DNA of 64,000 bases from Verrucomicrobiia bacterium (GTDB taxonomy: Bacteria > Acidobacteriota > Polarisedimenticolia > Gp22-AA2), in NCBI GenBank assembly GCA_035638075.1, contig DASRAU010000039.1, positions 7,010 through 71,009 on the forward strand. The letters run 5' to 3'. Within the stretch, counting starts at the first letter, position 1, and each line of letters opens with the position of its first letter. Below the pieces are notes generated by a model, which was not told where the DNA came from, did no database searches, and was given only the letters and a program-made list of their open reading frames with translations. Position numbers and translations under genes: made by a program. Shown here one piece after another: positions 20,616 to 30,424 of the stretch.

Positions 20616-21358
20616 CCCGCCGTCTCGTTCGAGGTGCCGGCGACCGCGAGCTGCGCCGCCGCGCCCGTCGTGCGAAGACCGACACGCTCGACCGGGTCGC
20701 CGCGGACGTCGTCGCTTGCGAGCGCTGCCCGCGTCTGCGACGGTACTGCCTGGCGATCGCGCGCGACAAGGTACGCCGCCATCGTGACGAGGTGTACTGG
20801 GGACGTCCCGTGCCCGGCTTCGGCGACAGGAGTGCGCGGCTGCTGCTCGTCGGGCTCGCCCCCGCTGCGCACGGCGGCAACCGCACCGGCCGGGTCTTCA
20901 CGGGGGACGCGAGCGGCGACTGGCTCTTCGGCGCGCTGCACGAATTCGGCTTCGCGAGCCAGGGCACCTCGACCGGACGGGACGACGGCCTGCGCCTGAC
21001 CGACTGCTATGTCACCGCCTCGGCGCGCTGCGCCCCGCCCGACAACAAGCCGACCCTCGAGGAGCTGCGCCGCTGCCGGGAGTACCTGGTGCGCGAGCTC
21101 GCACTCCTGCGTCGCGTGCGCGTCGTGGTCCCGCTCGGCCGCGTCGGCTTCGAGTCGTACCTCAAGGCGGCCGGACACTGGGAGCGCATGACGCCCCGGG
21201 AGCGGCCGGTCTTCGGGCACGGCGCCGAGAGCGTGCTGCCGGACGGGACGATCCTCGTCGCGTCCTTCCACCCGAGTCGCCAGAACACGCAGACGGGGAA
21301 GCTGACGCGCGCGATGTGGCGCGACATCTTCCGCCGCGCCCGCAAGCACCTCGGTTAG
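20612..21358 (+). CDS. Uracil-DNA glycosylase superfamily, family 4/5 (UdgB-like, Fe-S) – start codon unresolved
   Basis: [37 protein letters not shown] carries the GLAPA motif, and SFHPSRQN is motif B. The conserved N-terminal Cys ligands ACERCPRL...YC lie upstream of the first canonical start (GTG 20792), in a frame that begins at a CTG overlapping the preceding TGA. Confidence 0.75.
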   Translation: MTRRLVRGAGDRELRRRARRAKTDTLDRVAADVVACERCPRLRRYCLAIARDKVRRHRDEVYWGRPVPGFGDRSARLLLVGLAPAAHGGNRTGRVFTGDASGDWLFGALHEFGFASQGTSTGRDDGLRLTDCYVTASARCAPPDNKPTLEELRRCREYLVRELALLRRVRVVVPLGRVGFESYLKAAGHWERMTPRERPVFGHGAESVLPDGTILVASFHPSRQNTQTGKLTRAMWRDIFRRARKHLG

Positions 21359-23748
21359 TCGAGCGCGACGTTCCGCAGCCGCAGCGCGTTGGCGATCACC
21401 GAGACCGAGCTGAGGGACATGGCCGCACCGGCGATCATCGGACTCAGGACCAGGCCGAAGGCGGGGTAGAGCGCCCCCGCCGCGATCGGCACGCCGAGCA
21501 GGTTGTAGACGAAGGCGAAGAGCAGGTTCTGGCGGATGTTCGAGAGCGTCGCGCGGCTCAGGCGCCGGGCGCGCAGGAGAGCCTGCACGTCCCCGGTCAC
21601 GAGCGTGATCCCCGCGGTCTCCATCGCCAGGTCGGTGCCCGTGCCCATGGCGACGCCGACGTCCGCCTCCGCCAGAGCAGGACCGTCGTTGATCCCGTCC
21701 CCCGCCATGGCCACGCGCCGGCCCTGATTCCGCCAGCGCCGCACGGCCCGGGCCTTGTCCTCCGGGAGGAGGCCGGCCTCGACGGTCTCGATGCCGAGAT
21801 GGCGCGCAACCGCGTGAGCGGTCGGGCGAGCGTCTCCCGTCAACATGACCACCTGCACGCCGTCGGCCTCGAGGGCCCGCACCGTCTGCGCACTGTCCCG
21901 GCGCGGCGGATCGGTGAACGCCAGGAGTCCGGCCGCGCGGCCCCCCGTGCCGAGGAAGACCACCGTCTCCCCCTCCGAGCGCAGGGCGGCGGCACTCCCC
22001 GCGAGCGCCTCGCCGACGTGGATTCCCTGCTCGTGCAGGAACGCTTCGGTGCCGAGAACGGCCCGCGTCCCGTCGATCTCGCCGACCACGCCGCGTCCCG
22101 CGTGCAGCGACAGATGCCGTGCAGCGACGGCCCGGAGGCCGCGCTCCTCCGCCGCCTGGAGCACCGCCGCGGCGAGCGGGTGCTCGCTCCCCTGCTCGAG
22201 CGCCGCCGCCAGGCGCAGCAGCGCCGCGTCGTCGGTCCCCGGGCCGGGTGCGCCGGTTGCATCGTGCAAGGGCTCGACACGGGTCAGGCGCGGCTTCCCT
22301 TCGGTCAACGTGCCCGTCTTGTCCACGAGCAGCAGATCGATGCGGCCGAAGAGCTCGAGCGCCGCGGCGTCCCGCACCAGGACGCCGGCGCGCGCGCCGC
22401 GCCCGGTCGCGACGAGGATCGACATCGGCGTGGCGAGGCCGAGCGCGCAAGGACAGGCGATGATGAGGACCGCGATGGCGGCGACGACCGCGTGCGCCAG
22501 CCGCGGCTCCGGTCCCAGCGTGGCCCAGAGGATCGCCGCGAGGAGCGCCACCGCCGCGACCGACGGGACGAACCAGGCCGAAACCCGGTCGGCCAGCCGC
22601 TGGATCGGCGCGCGGCTGCGCTGCGCCTCGACGACGCGCGCGACGATCCGCTGCAGCAAGGTGCCGGCGCCCACCGCCGTCACCTGAAACAGGAACGTCC
22701 CGCCCTGGTTCAGCGTCCCGGCGGAGACGCGCCCGCCGGGGCCCTTCTCGACCGGCAGCGGCTCACCGGTCAGCATCGACTCGTCCACGACGCCGTGCCC
22801 GGAGGTCACCAGGCCGTCGGCCGGGACGCGCTCCCCCGGCCGCACCCGCAGCGTGTCTCTCTCCTGCACCGCGTCGAGCGGCACGTCCTCCTCGGCGCCG
22901 CCGTCGCGCACGCGGCGCGCGCTCTTCGGGGCGAGCGACAGCAGCCCGCGCAGCGCCGAACCGGTGGCGCGCCGCGCGCGCAGCTCGAGCACCTGGCCGA
23001 GCAGGACGAGGGTCACGATCACCGCCGCCGATTCGAAGTAGACGTCGACCGCGCCGCCGTGACCGTGGAACGCCCGCGGCAGCCACGCGGGGACGACGGT
23101 CGCGACCAGGCTGTATCCGAACGCGGCGCCCGTGCCGAGGGCGATGAGGGTGAACATGTTCGGCGTGCCGCGCCGCAGCCCGTCCCAGCCGCGCACGAAG
23201 AACGGCGCCCCGCACCAGAGAACGACCGGCGCCGCCAGCGCCGCCTGCAGCAGAGGGGCTCCCCCGCCCGTCCACATCCCGAGCATCGCGATGAGGAAGA
23301 GCGGAGCGGTCAGCACCGCGGCAACGAGGAGCCGCCGGGTCATGTCGGCGAGCTCCGGATCGGGTCGGTCCTCGAGCGTCACCACCACCGGTTCGAGCGC
23401 CATGCCGCAGATGGGGCACGCCCCCGGGCCGCGCCGGCGGATCTCCGGGTGCATCGGGCAGGTGTACTCCTCCGCGTCCTGCCCGCGGGACGGCGGACGC
23501 GTGGAACGTGCCGGCGTGTGGTGAGCCGCGTGGCCGCGCGCCCCGCTCGACAGGACCGCTTCGGGATCGCGCTGGAACGTCTCGCGGCAGCCGTCGCAGC
23601 AGAAGTGGTACGTGCGGCCGCCGTGCAGGGCGCTCCCGCCCGCCGCGCGCGCCGGGTCGACGGTCATCCCGCACACCGGGTCGATGGCGCTCCGGCTGCC
23701 CGCCTCGTCCCCGCGGGTGTCCCGATTCTCCGCCGTCATGGCGCTCAT
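21355..23748 (-). CDS. copA: Copper-translocating P1B-type ATPase
   Basis: CPC transmembrane motif, DKTGTLT phosphorylation site, [10 protein letters not shown]. The N-terminus carries a YHS domain (DPVCGMTVD...YHFCCDGC) and a CPMHPE...CPICGM motif instead of a classical HMA domain. Confidence 0.93.
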   Translation of the reverse strand: MSAMTAENRDTRGDEAGSRSAIDPVCGMTVDPARAAGGSALHGGRTYHFCCDGCRETFQRDPEAVLSSGARGHAAHHTPARSTRPPSRGQDAEEYTCPMHPEIRRRGPGACPICGMALEPVVVTLEDRPDPELADMTRRLLVAAVLTAPLFLIAMLGMWTGGGAPLLQAALAAPVVLWCGAPFFVRGWDGLRRGTPNMFTLIALGTGAAFGYSLVATVVPAWLPRAFHGHGGAVDVYFESAAVIVTLVLLGQVLELRARRATGSALRGLLSLAPKSARRVRDGGAEEDVPLDAVQERDTLRVRPGERVPADGLVTSGHGVVDESMLTGEPLPVEKGPGGRVSAGTLNQGGTFLFQVTAVGAGTLLQRIVARVVEAQRSRAPIQRLADRVSAWFVPSVAAVALLAAILWATLGPEPRLAHAVVAAIAVLIIACPCALGLATPMSILVATGRGARAGVLVRDAAALELFGRIDLLLVDKTGTLTEGKPRLTRVEPLHDATGAPGPGTDDAALLRLAAALEQGSEHPLAAAVLQAAEERGLRAVAARHLSLHAGRGVVGEIDGTRAVLGTEAFLHEQGIHVGEALAGSAAALRSEGETVVFLGTGGRAAGLLAFTDPPRRDSAQTVRALEADGVQVVMLTGDARPTAHAVARHLGIETVEAGLLPEDKARAVRRWRNQGRRVAMAGDGINDGPALAEADVGVAMGTGTDLAMETAGITLVTGDVQALLRARRLSRATLSNIRQNLLFAFVYNLLGVPIAAGALYPAFGLVLSPMIAGAAMSLSSVSVIANALRLRNVALD

Positions 23749-23804
23749 GGTATCGTCGCCGCTTCCGAAACGAGCGGCCGCGCCCGGCGCGGCATGGAGA
23801 GCCG

Positions 23805-24260
23805 ATGATGGAACAGACGCGGCGCATCACCGTTCCCGAGGCGCGCGAGATCCTCGAGCGTGATCCGAAGGCGATCTATCTCGACGTCCGCACCGAGGAG
23901 GAGTTCGCCGACGGCCACCCGGCGCGGGCCCTCAACATCCCGGTCGGTCTCTTGAACCAGGCGACGCGCATGCTCGAGCCGAATCCCGATTTCACGCGCG
24001 TCACGGCGGGCGTCCTGCCGCGCGACACGCCGATCCTCGTCGGCTGCCGGACGGCGCCGCGCGCCGAGATGGCGGCGCAGCTGCTCGCGGCCGAAGGCTT
24101 CGCCGACGTGCGCGTCGTCTTCGGCGGCTACGCCGGCATGAGGGGCCCCGCCGGCAACCAGATGGCGGTCGGCTGGTCCCAGACCGACTACCCCCTCACC
24201 CGCGAACCGGCGCCCGGAGAGGGCTACCAGGATCTGAAGAAGAAGGCAGGCGTCGCGTGA
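23805..24260 (+). CDS. Rhodanese-domain sulfurtransferase
   Basis: Single rhodanese domain with active-site loop [13 protein letters not shown]. Divergent from copA, with only ~56 bp between the start codons. Confidence 0.8.
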   Translation: MMEQTRRITVPEAREILERDPKAIYLDVRTEEEFADGHPARALNIPVGLLNQATRMLEPNPDFTRVTAGVLPRDTPILVGCRTAPRAEMAAQLLAAEGFADVRVVFGGYAGMRGPAGNQMAVGWSQTDYPLTREPAPGEGYQDLKKKAGVA

Positions 24261-25966
24261 ACGTGCGCCGGACGAGCAGGCCGCGACCGCTCGCGGTCGC
24301 GGCCATCGTCGGACTCGCGCTCGCTGCGACCCTCGTGGCCCGCAGCACCGACGCGGCCGGAAGCGCCGCCGTCGCCTCGAGCGCGGGCGGTCGCGCGCCG
24401 ACCGCCTCCACGCTGGCTCCGATCCGGCCGGAAGCGATCCGCGCGCACATGCGCTTCCTCTCCGACGGACAGCTCGAAGGGCGCGCGCCCGACAGCCGGG
24501 GCTATGCGCTGGCCGCGACGTACGTGGCGGCGCAACTCGAGGCCCTGGGCCTGCAGCCGGCCGCGGCGGGCGGCTCGTATCTGCAGAAGGTGCCCATGCG
24601 CAAGGCGACGCTCGACGAGGAGCGCTCTTCCTTCGTCCTGATCCGCGACGGCAAGGAGGAACGGCTCGACCTGCCGGGCGAATGCTTCCTCCTGCCCGAC
24701 CGCGCGCGGACCGAGACCACGGTCGAAGGTCCGGTCGTCTTCGCCGGCTTCGGGATCACCGCCCCGGAGCTGCAGCACGACGACTATGCCGGCATCGACG
24801 CGAAGGGCAAGATCGTCGCGACCGTCTGGGGCGCGCCGTCGCGATTCGAGGCGACCGAACGCGCCCACTTCTCCAGCAACCAGCTCAAGCAGGAGAATGC
24901 CGCCGCGCACGGAGCCATCGGCTACATCGCCATCATGACCCCGGACGATCTGAAGCGCTACCGCTGGGACTGGCTGCTGCCGCAGGCGCGCGCCGGCACG
25001 ATGGGCTGGCTCGACGACAACGGCACGCCGAACGACGCGGTCCCCGCGATCCGCGGCATCGGTCGCCTCAACGATGCCGGCGGCCAGCGCCTGCTGCGCG
25101 GCGCCCCGAAGTCCGCGGACGCGATCTTCGCCGCGGTGCGCGAAGGCAAGCCGCCGGTCTTCGACCTTCCCGTCAAGGCGCGCCTCAGCACCGTGTCGAA
25201 GCACAGCGGCTTCGACGGCAGCAACATCGTCGGCCTTCTCCCCGGCAGCGACGCGCGCCTGCGAGACGAGCAGGTGGTCGTCTCGGCCCATCTCGACCAC
25301 CTCGGTCTCTGCCCGCCCGTCGCGGGGGACTCCGTCTGCCACGGCGCGTACGACAACGCCTCGGGGGTGGCGGTGCTCCTCGAGCTGGCGCGCGTCTTCG
25401 CGGCGCAGCACCCGGCCCCGCGCCGGTCGCTCCTCTTCGCGGTCGTCACCGGCGAGGAGAAAGGGCTGCTCGGATCCGACTACCTGGCGCGGCACCCGGT
25501 CGGCCCGGGGACCGTCGTCGCCGACGTCAACATCGACGGCGCGCCCGGCCTCCTGTATCCGCTCGCCGACATCGTTGCGCTCGGCGCCGAGCACTCGTCG
25601 CTGCAGCAGCCCGTCGAAGAAGCGGCGCGCGCGGTCGGCTACGCCGTCAGCCCCGACCCGATGCCCGAGGAGTCGGGCTTCATCCGCAGCGACCAGTACT
25701 CGTTCGTGAGGCAGGGCGTGCCGTCGGTGTTCCTCGGCGACGGCGGGAAGAGCAGCGCCCCGGACATCGACGGCCTGGCGCTGACCCGGAAATGGGCGAC
25801 GACGCTCTACCACACGCCGGGCGACAGCATGGCGCAGAAGTTCGACTTCGACTCGGCGGCGAAAGGCGCCCGCTTCTGTGCCCTCGTCACCGAAAAGATC
25901 GCGCAGGCCCCGGCCCGTCCGACCTGGAACCGCGGCGATTTCTTCGGCGTCAAGTACGGCCGCTGA
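24257..25966 (+). CDS. Secreted M28-family aminopeptidase with PA domain
   Basis: Signal peptide. Zinc ligands HLDH, D...E and AYDNASGVAVLLELAR, typical of M28. The GTG start overlaps the rhodanese stop (GTGA). Confidence 0.85.
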   Translation: MNVRRTSRPRPLAVAAIVGLALAATLVARSTDAAGSAAVASSAGGRAPTASTLAPIRPEAIRAHMRFLSDGQLEGRAPDSRGYALAATYVAAQLEALGLQPAAAGGSYLQKVPMRKATLDEERSSFVLIRDGKEERLDLPGECFLLPDRARTETTVEGPVVFAGFGITAPELQHDDYAGIDAKGKIVATVWGAPSRFEATERAHFSSNQLKQENAAAHGAIGYIAIMTPDDLKRYRWDWLLPQARAGTMGWLDDNGTPNDAVPAIRGIGRLNDAGGQRLLRGAPKSADAIFAAVREGKPPVFDLPVKARLSTVSKHSGFDGSNIVGLLPGSDARLRDEQVVVSAHLDHLGLCPPVAGDSVCHGAYDNASGVAVLLELARVFAAQHPAPRRSLLFAVVTGEEKGLLGSDYLARHPVGPGTVVADVNIDGAPGLLYPLADIVALGAEHSSLQQPVEEAARAVGYAVSPDPMPEESGFIRSDQYSFVRQGVPSVFLGDGGKSSAPDIDGLALTRKWATTLYHTPGDSMAQKFDFDSAAKGARFCALVTEKIAQAPARPTWNRGDFFGVKYGR

Positions 25967-25984
25967 CGGCATCGGCGGCGCCCT

Positions 25985-27556
25985 GTGCTGACGACCGCGG
26001 GGCACGTCACCCAGATCGTCCTGCTGGCGCTGTTCCTGCTTCTCATCGGGCGGCCCCGCCGTCGCGCCGATCGGGACGTCGTCGACGCCGCGGGACGGGG
26101 GCGCCCGTTCGCCGTGGCGCTCGCCCTCCTGGCCGCGGTGGCGCTCCTCGGCCACCTCGAGTACTTCACGAAGAAGCACCTCAACACCCATGAGTTCCTG
26201 CACTACTTCCTGAATACCAGGTACTTCGCCGAGACCGGGTACTCCGGCCTGTACGAGGCGATCGTGGTCGCCGACTGGGAGGACGATCGCCCGTCGTACG
26301 ACCCGTCGAGCGGCGTCCGGTCGCTCACGACCTACCAGCTCGAGACGCGCGCCTCGATCCTCGAGCGCGCGGAGGAGATCAAGGCCCGCTTTCCCCCCGG
26401 CCGCTGGCGCGCCTTCAAGCACGACGTCGCCTGGTTCCGGGCGGAGGACGGCGTCCTGTGGCGCATGGGCGAATCGCTGCGGGACCACGGGTACAACGGC
26501 TCGCCGCTGGTGACCGCCGTGCTCGGCGGGATCGCGAGCCAGCCCTTTCTCCCCACGGGCGGCTTCATCCCGATGGCCTGCTGGTTCGACATCGCTCTCG
26601 TCCTCGCCGCCGGGATCCTGCTGGCGCGCCGGGTCGACGGCGCCACCGGGGCGCTCTTCGTCTTCCTGTGGGCCGTCAATCCGTTCAACGATCATGCCTA
26701 CACCGGCGGCGCGTACCTGCGATCGCTGCACCTCCTGGCGCTGCTCGCCGCCGTGATCCTGTTCACGCATCGCCGCTATGTCCTGAGCGGGGCGCTGTTC
26801 TCGGTGTCGGCTTTGCTGCGCGTTTTCCCGGGTTTTCTGCTCGCGGGACTCCTGGTGCACGACCTCCTGCGCCGAGAGCGGCGCGACCTGCTGCGGCGGC
26901 ACGCGCCGCTCTACGCTTCGGCGGCGGCCACTTCACTCGTGCTCTTCGCGATGACCTCCTTCCTGTCCACGCCGGAGCATCGCAACCCGTGGTTGGGCTT
27001 CGCGGAGAAGATGTCGCTCCACAGCCAGCGGCTGTCGCCGAATCTCCTGGGGTTGCCGTATCTCTTCTTCTACGACAGCGAGCACAACGTCCCGGCGATC
27101 GTCCATGCCCGCGAGCAGGGGCAGATGCTCAACTGGGGCGTGGAGGCCGGAAAGACCTTCGCGGCACGCCGTTCCTTCTATCTCGCGGCCGCGGCGGCCT
27201 TCGGCGCGGCGTGTCTCCTGGTACTCCGGCGGGGTTCGCCCCAAGACGGCCTGTTCGCGGGATTCGTGGCCATCTTCGCGCTCCTGCACCTGGCGCACTA
27301 CGACTACGCGATGCTCTCCCTCGTGCCGTTTCTCGCGCCCTGGCGCCGCCGGCCGATCGTCGCGGTGTCGCTTCTCTGGGTCGCCGCGGCGGCGGCGTGC
27401 CTCTTCCCGCGCCTGGCGTCGGTCCTCGACTATCGCTTCTTCGTCCTCAGCGCGATCCTCGCCCTGTTCTTCGCGCTGGTGCTGGCGCTGCGGGCGAACG
27501 AGGAGTGGCGCCCGGCGCCGGCCGTCGTCCCTCCGGAGCGCAAGCGCCGCCGCTGA
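25985..27556 (+). CDS. Polytopic membrane protein, possibly a GT-C-fold glycosyltransferase-like protein
   Basis: At least 10 predicted TM helices with a periplasmic loop FLHYFLNTRYFAETGYSGLYEAIVVADWED. No confident family assignment. Lies 18 nt downstream of the M28 peptidase gene. Confidence 0.55.
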   Translation: MLTTAGHVTQIVLLALFLLLIGRPRRRADRDVVDAAGRGRPFAVALALLAAVALLGHLEYFTKKHLNTHEFLHYFLNTRYFAETGYSGLYEAIVVADWEDDRPSYDPSSGVRSLTTYQLETRASILERAEEIKARFPPGRWRAFKHDVAWFRAEDGVLWRMGESLRDHGYNGSPLVTAVLGGIASQPFLPTGGFIPMACWFDIALVLAAGILLARRVDGATGALFVFLWAVNPFNDHAYTGGAYLRSLHLLALLAAVILFTHRRYVLSGALFSVSALLRVFPGFLLAGLLVHDLLRRERRDLLRRHAPLYASAAATSLVLFAMTSFLSTPEHRNPWLGFAEKMSLHSQRLSPNLLGLPYLFFYDSEHNVPAIVHAREQGQMLNWGVEAGKTFAARRSFYLAAAAAFGAACLLVLRRGSPQDGLFAGFVAIFALLHLAHYDYAMLSLVPFLAPWRRRPIVAVSLLWVAAAAACLFPRLASVLDYRFFVLSAILALFFALVLALRANEEWRPAPAVVPPERKRRR

Positions 27557-27559
27557 TTC

Positions 27560-28309
27560 TCAGCCGGACCCTGGGAACCTAGACGCGAGGTCGGGCGATG
27601 CGGTCGAAGACGCGGCCGCAGCGGCGGCGGCGCGATCGAGCCAGGCCGCCTTGCGGGCGATGGCGATGCCGGCGGCCAGATCGTAGACGAGGTGCACCGC
27701 CATCGCCGGCACGAGCGACCCGGTGACGGCGACGAGGGCGTGCATCACGAGGGCGAAGCCGAGGATGACGGTCGCGCTCTTCCAGCCCTGCAGCGAGTGC
27801 GCGATGGCGAAGGCGGCGGAGCACACCAGCACAGCGACGATCGCCTGTCCCGACCACCAGGTCAAAATGGCGACGCCGACGCCACGATAGGCGATCTCCT
27901 CGGCCACGGCGGCCGCCAGCGCCGCCAGGACGAACCCGCAATACTCGAGGGGACTGCGCGGAGCGATGCGGTAGACGACGAGCTTCTTGCTTTCCTCTTC
28001 GGTGCGCCAGGCCCTCGCCAGCGCGCGCAGCCCGAAGCAGATGGCCAGGGCGACCGCCGCCGCCGCGAACGCGCGCGGCCCGGCCGGGGCGAAGAACCGG
28101 AACCCGAAGCTGCGCCCCGCCAGCCAGGCGAGCAGGAGCAGCAGGGCCTGCGTGAAGAGGGTGTTGGCCCAGATCGCCAGGCGCTCGCTTCGGGCTCCCG
28201 GGCCAGGGCGTTCGAGCGCCGGCCGCATCCGCCGGCGGCTGCGCACCGCTCCCCAGGGAAGCAATCCCAGCAGGAAGGCCAGGAAGACGAGCGACGGCCC
28301 GCCCGGCAT
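27560..28309 (-). CDS. CPBP-family (CAAX/Abi) intramembrane metalloprotease
   Basis: Motifs AVAEEIAYRG (EExxxR), FAIAHSLQ (FxxxH) and HLVYD (HxxxD/N). Confidence 0.85.
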   Translation of the reverse strand: MPGGPSLVFLAFLLGLLPWGAVRSRRRMRPALERPGPGARSERLAIWANTLFTQALLLLLAWLAGRSFGFRFFAPAGPRAFAAAAVALAICFGLRALARAWRTEEESKKLVVYRIAPRSPLEYCGFVLAALAAAVAEEIAYRGVGVAILTWWSGQAIVAVLVCSAAFAIAHSLQGWKSATVILGFALVMHALVAVTGSLVPAMAVHLVYDLAAGIAIARKAAWLDRAAAAAAASSTASPDLASRFPGSG

Positions 28310-29793
28310 CAGGCCGCGACCGCCTCGGGCAGAGGCTCAGGCGCGCGACGCGGCCGGAGCGGGACGATCGCCAGGAGGATCGTCAACGCCTGCGGGATGG
28401 CGATGAGCAGCGCCAGCGCTCGCGGATCGATCGGCCAGTCGATCGCCCAGCCGATGTTGAGGCCCGCCCAGGCGAGCAGCGCCGCCGCCAGTCTCCGGCC
28501 TGTCATCTCTTCGCGCGCGGCGACGAGGGTGAGGAGCCACAGCGCCGGAAAGGGCGCGTACGCCTGGGGCAGGAAGGGACTGCGCAGCGTGGCCAGGATC
28601 AGGATCGAAAGCCACACGAGCGGCTTCTCCGCGGGCGAGAGCGTGCGCCGTGCCACGAGAACGATCACGACGAGGGCGACGATCATGTACAGGGTCCCCA
28701 CCGTCCTCATGGCGGCGAACGACGCGGGGAACCCGAACAGGCCGAGCTTGGACACCAGCCCCGGGATGGAAAAGTTGATCGCCACCGCCGCCGGGTTGCG
28801 GAACGCCGGAAAGGACTCCCCGCTCATCAGCCGCGGCAGGTGTTCGAGGAAGGCGTCGTAGGGCCCGCGACCGAACGCCAGGAACGCCGCGACGACGAAG
28901 GCAACACCGAACGCCGCCGTCACCAGCACGTCGCGCCATCGCCGCTGCGCCAGGAGGAAGACACCCAGCAGTCCCGGGTACAGCTTGCTCGCGGTGGCGA
29001 ACGCCAGGAGCGCTCCGCCGGCCGCGGTCTTCCGGCCTTCGAGCAGGACCATCGCCAGCATCGAGCCGGCGAGGATCATGCCCTGCACGTTCCCCTTCTG
29101 CAGGAAGCTCTGGGTCGGCAGCGCCAGGACGACGAGCGGAGCGAGGAGGATCGCGCGCGTCGCCTGGGGCGCGGGGAGCGCGCGGGCCACGACAACCAGC
29201 GCCGCGACGATCACGGTGATGTCGAGCGCGAACCAGAGCAGGCGCAGCCGGTCGAACTCGGGCTCGGGAGGGAGGTCCTCGCCCGACGACCAGGACAGGG
29301 CCCGCGGCAGGAGCAGGAACGGCGGCGGGTACTCGTAGACGTCCACCTTGAACGGTCCGAGCATCCGCGGCCGGCGCGGCGCCGACGGCGGATCGCTCGG
29401 AAGCGAATAGAGCGAGTCGTCGTAGACGTTCGCCCCGGTTCCGGCGACGCGCGCCGCGACCGCGTAGGCGGTCAGGCAGGAGTGCCGCACCTCCCAGTCG
29501 CTGTTCGGCACGGCCGAAAAGCCCGTGCGCGTCGGATCGACGGCGAAGACCGCGAGCCGCGCCAGGACAACGATCGCGAGCACCGCGGCCGCGCCGCCCG
29601 CGAGTCGCAGCGCCCCGGGAGCGGCGGCGGGATCGAGCGCGATCGGCGGCCGCCGCTCGCAGAGAATCGCCACCAGGGCCGCGAAGACGACGGCGGCGAC
29701 CCAGGCCGCGGTGGCCGGCGCGAAGGCCCGCACCGCGACGAAGGTGGCGATCCCCGTCGTGAGCCCGAGCGACGCGGCGATGCCGCGCCGCAT
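28309..29793 (-). CDS. DUF2029 / GT87-like integral membrane glycosyltransferase-family protein
   Basis: Start taken at [10 protein letters not shown]. The loop CLTAYAVAARVAGTGANVYDDSLY resembles the GT87/DUF2029 signature. Many TM helices. Stop/start overlaps with both neighbours. Confidence 0.65.
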   Translation of the reverse strand: MRRGIAASLGLTTGIATFVAVRAFAPATAAWVAAVVFAALVAILCERRPPIALDPAAAPGALRLAGGAAAVLAIVVLARLAVFAVDPTRTGFSAVPNSDWEVRHSCLTAYAVAARVAGTGANVYDDSLYSLPSDPPSAPRRPRMLGPFKVDVYEYPPPFLLLPRALSWSSGEDLPPEPEFDRLRLLWFALDITVIVAALVVVARALPAPQATRAILLAPLVVLALPTQSFLQKGNVQGMILAGSMLAMVLLEGRKTAAGGALLAFATASKLYPGLLGVFLLAQRRWRDVLVTAAFGVAFVVAAFLAFGRGPYDAFLEHLPRLMSGESFPAFRNPAAVAINFSIPGLVSKLGLFGFPASFAAMRTVGTLYMIVALVVIVLVARRTLSPAEKPLVWLSILILATLRSPFLPQAYAPFPALWLLTLVAAREEMTGRRLAAALLAWAGLNIGWAIDWPIDPRALALLIAIPQALTILLAIVPLRPRRAPEPLPEAVAA

Positions 29794-30170
29794 CAGTGAC
29801 CCTTGAGCCAGAAGGCCACGCCGCCGTGCCCGGAGCAGGCCCCCTGCGACTCGGCGCTCTTGCTGTAGCTGCCGTCCTTGCAGCGGGCGGTGGCCCCTTT
29901 CGGCGGCTTGCCGAACCAGGTCTTCACGCCGTCGTGCCCGGAGCAGGCTCCCTTCTTGTTCTCCGCCGTGGACCAGGTCCCGTCCTTGCAGAGGCCGGTC
30001 GCCTCGGAAGGCATCGGGCCGGCCTCGGTCGCCTTGGCGGACGCCGCCGGCTTGGCCGCATCTGCCGCGAGCGCCAGGGTCGGCCCCGCCTCGCGGAGCA
30101 CGGCGGCCGCGCCGAGCACGCCGGCCAGGCCGAGACAGAGCAGGAACGCTGAACGGCATGTTCGTGTCAT
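29793..30170 (-). CDS. Secreted protein with two tandem DUF3761 modules
   Basis: Signal peptide [23 protein letters not shown], then [27 protein letters not shown] and [26 protein letters not shown], each matching the DUF3761 CxDGxxSxS...GxCSxHGGV pattern. Confidence 0.75.
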   Translation of the reverse strand: MTRTCRSAFLLCLGLAGVLGAAAVLREAGPTLALAADAAKPAASAKATEAGPMPSEATGLCKDGTWSTAENKKGACSGHDGVKTWFGKPPKGATARCKDGSYSKSAESQGACSGHGGVAFWLKGH

Positions 30171-30424
30171 CGCAGGTCCTCCCGAATGCCCACCCGACGG
30201 ACCCGCGCATGATACGCCGCCAGGGCGTCCCCCGCCCCGGGCGGTCCCCCGGTCCATCGCACCCCGATTCGTCCGCGCGAAGCGACACTTGTAGACTGCC
30301 ATGCGGCGCCGCCTCGAGCGGAACCAGCGCGAAGACCCGTCAATCGTCGTGGCACGCATTCTGCTGGGCGCGCCTTTCAAAACGCGACAATTCCTGCATG
30401 CGGGACAGTCCCGCGGGAGGCTTC

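Noticed and set aside
23749-23804. CCGCT-N10-AGCGG inverted repeat in the copA/rhodanese intergenic region as a metalloregulator operator
   Set aside because: The 5-bp arms are too short to distinguish from chance in GC-rich DNA, and no cognate regulator gene is nearby. It is recorded only as a possibility.
21316-23830. ORFs 21316..23808 + and 22763..23830 - overlapping copA
   Set aside because: They are shadow frames of the P-type ATPase gene. Their compositions are Arg-rich and they carry no motifs.
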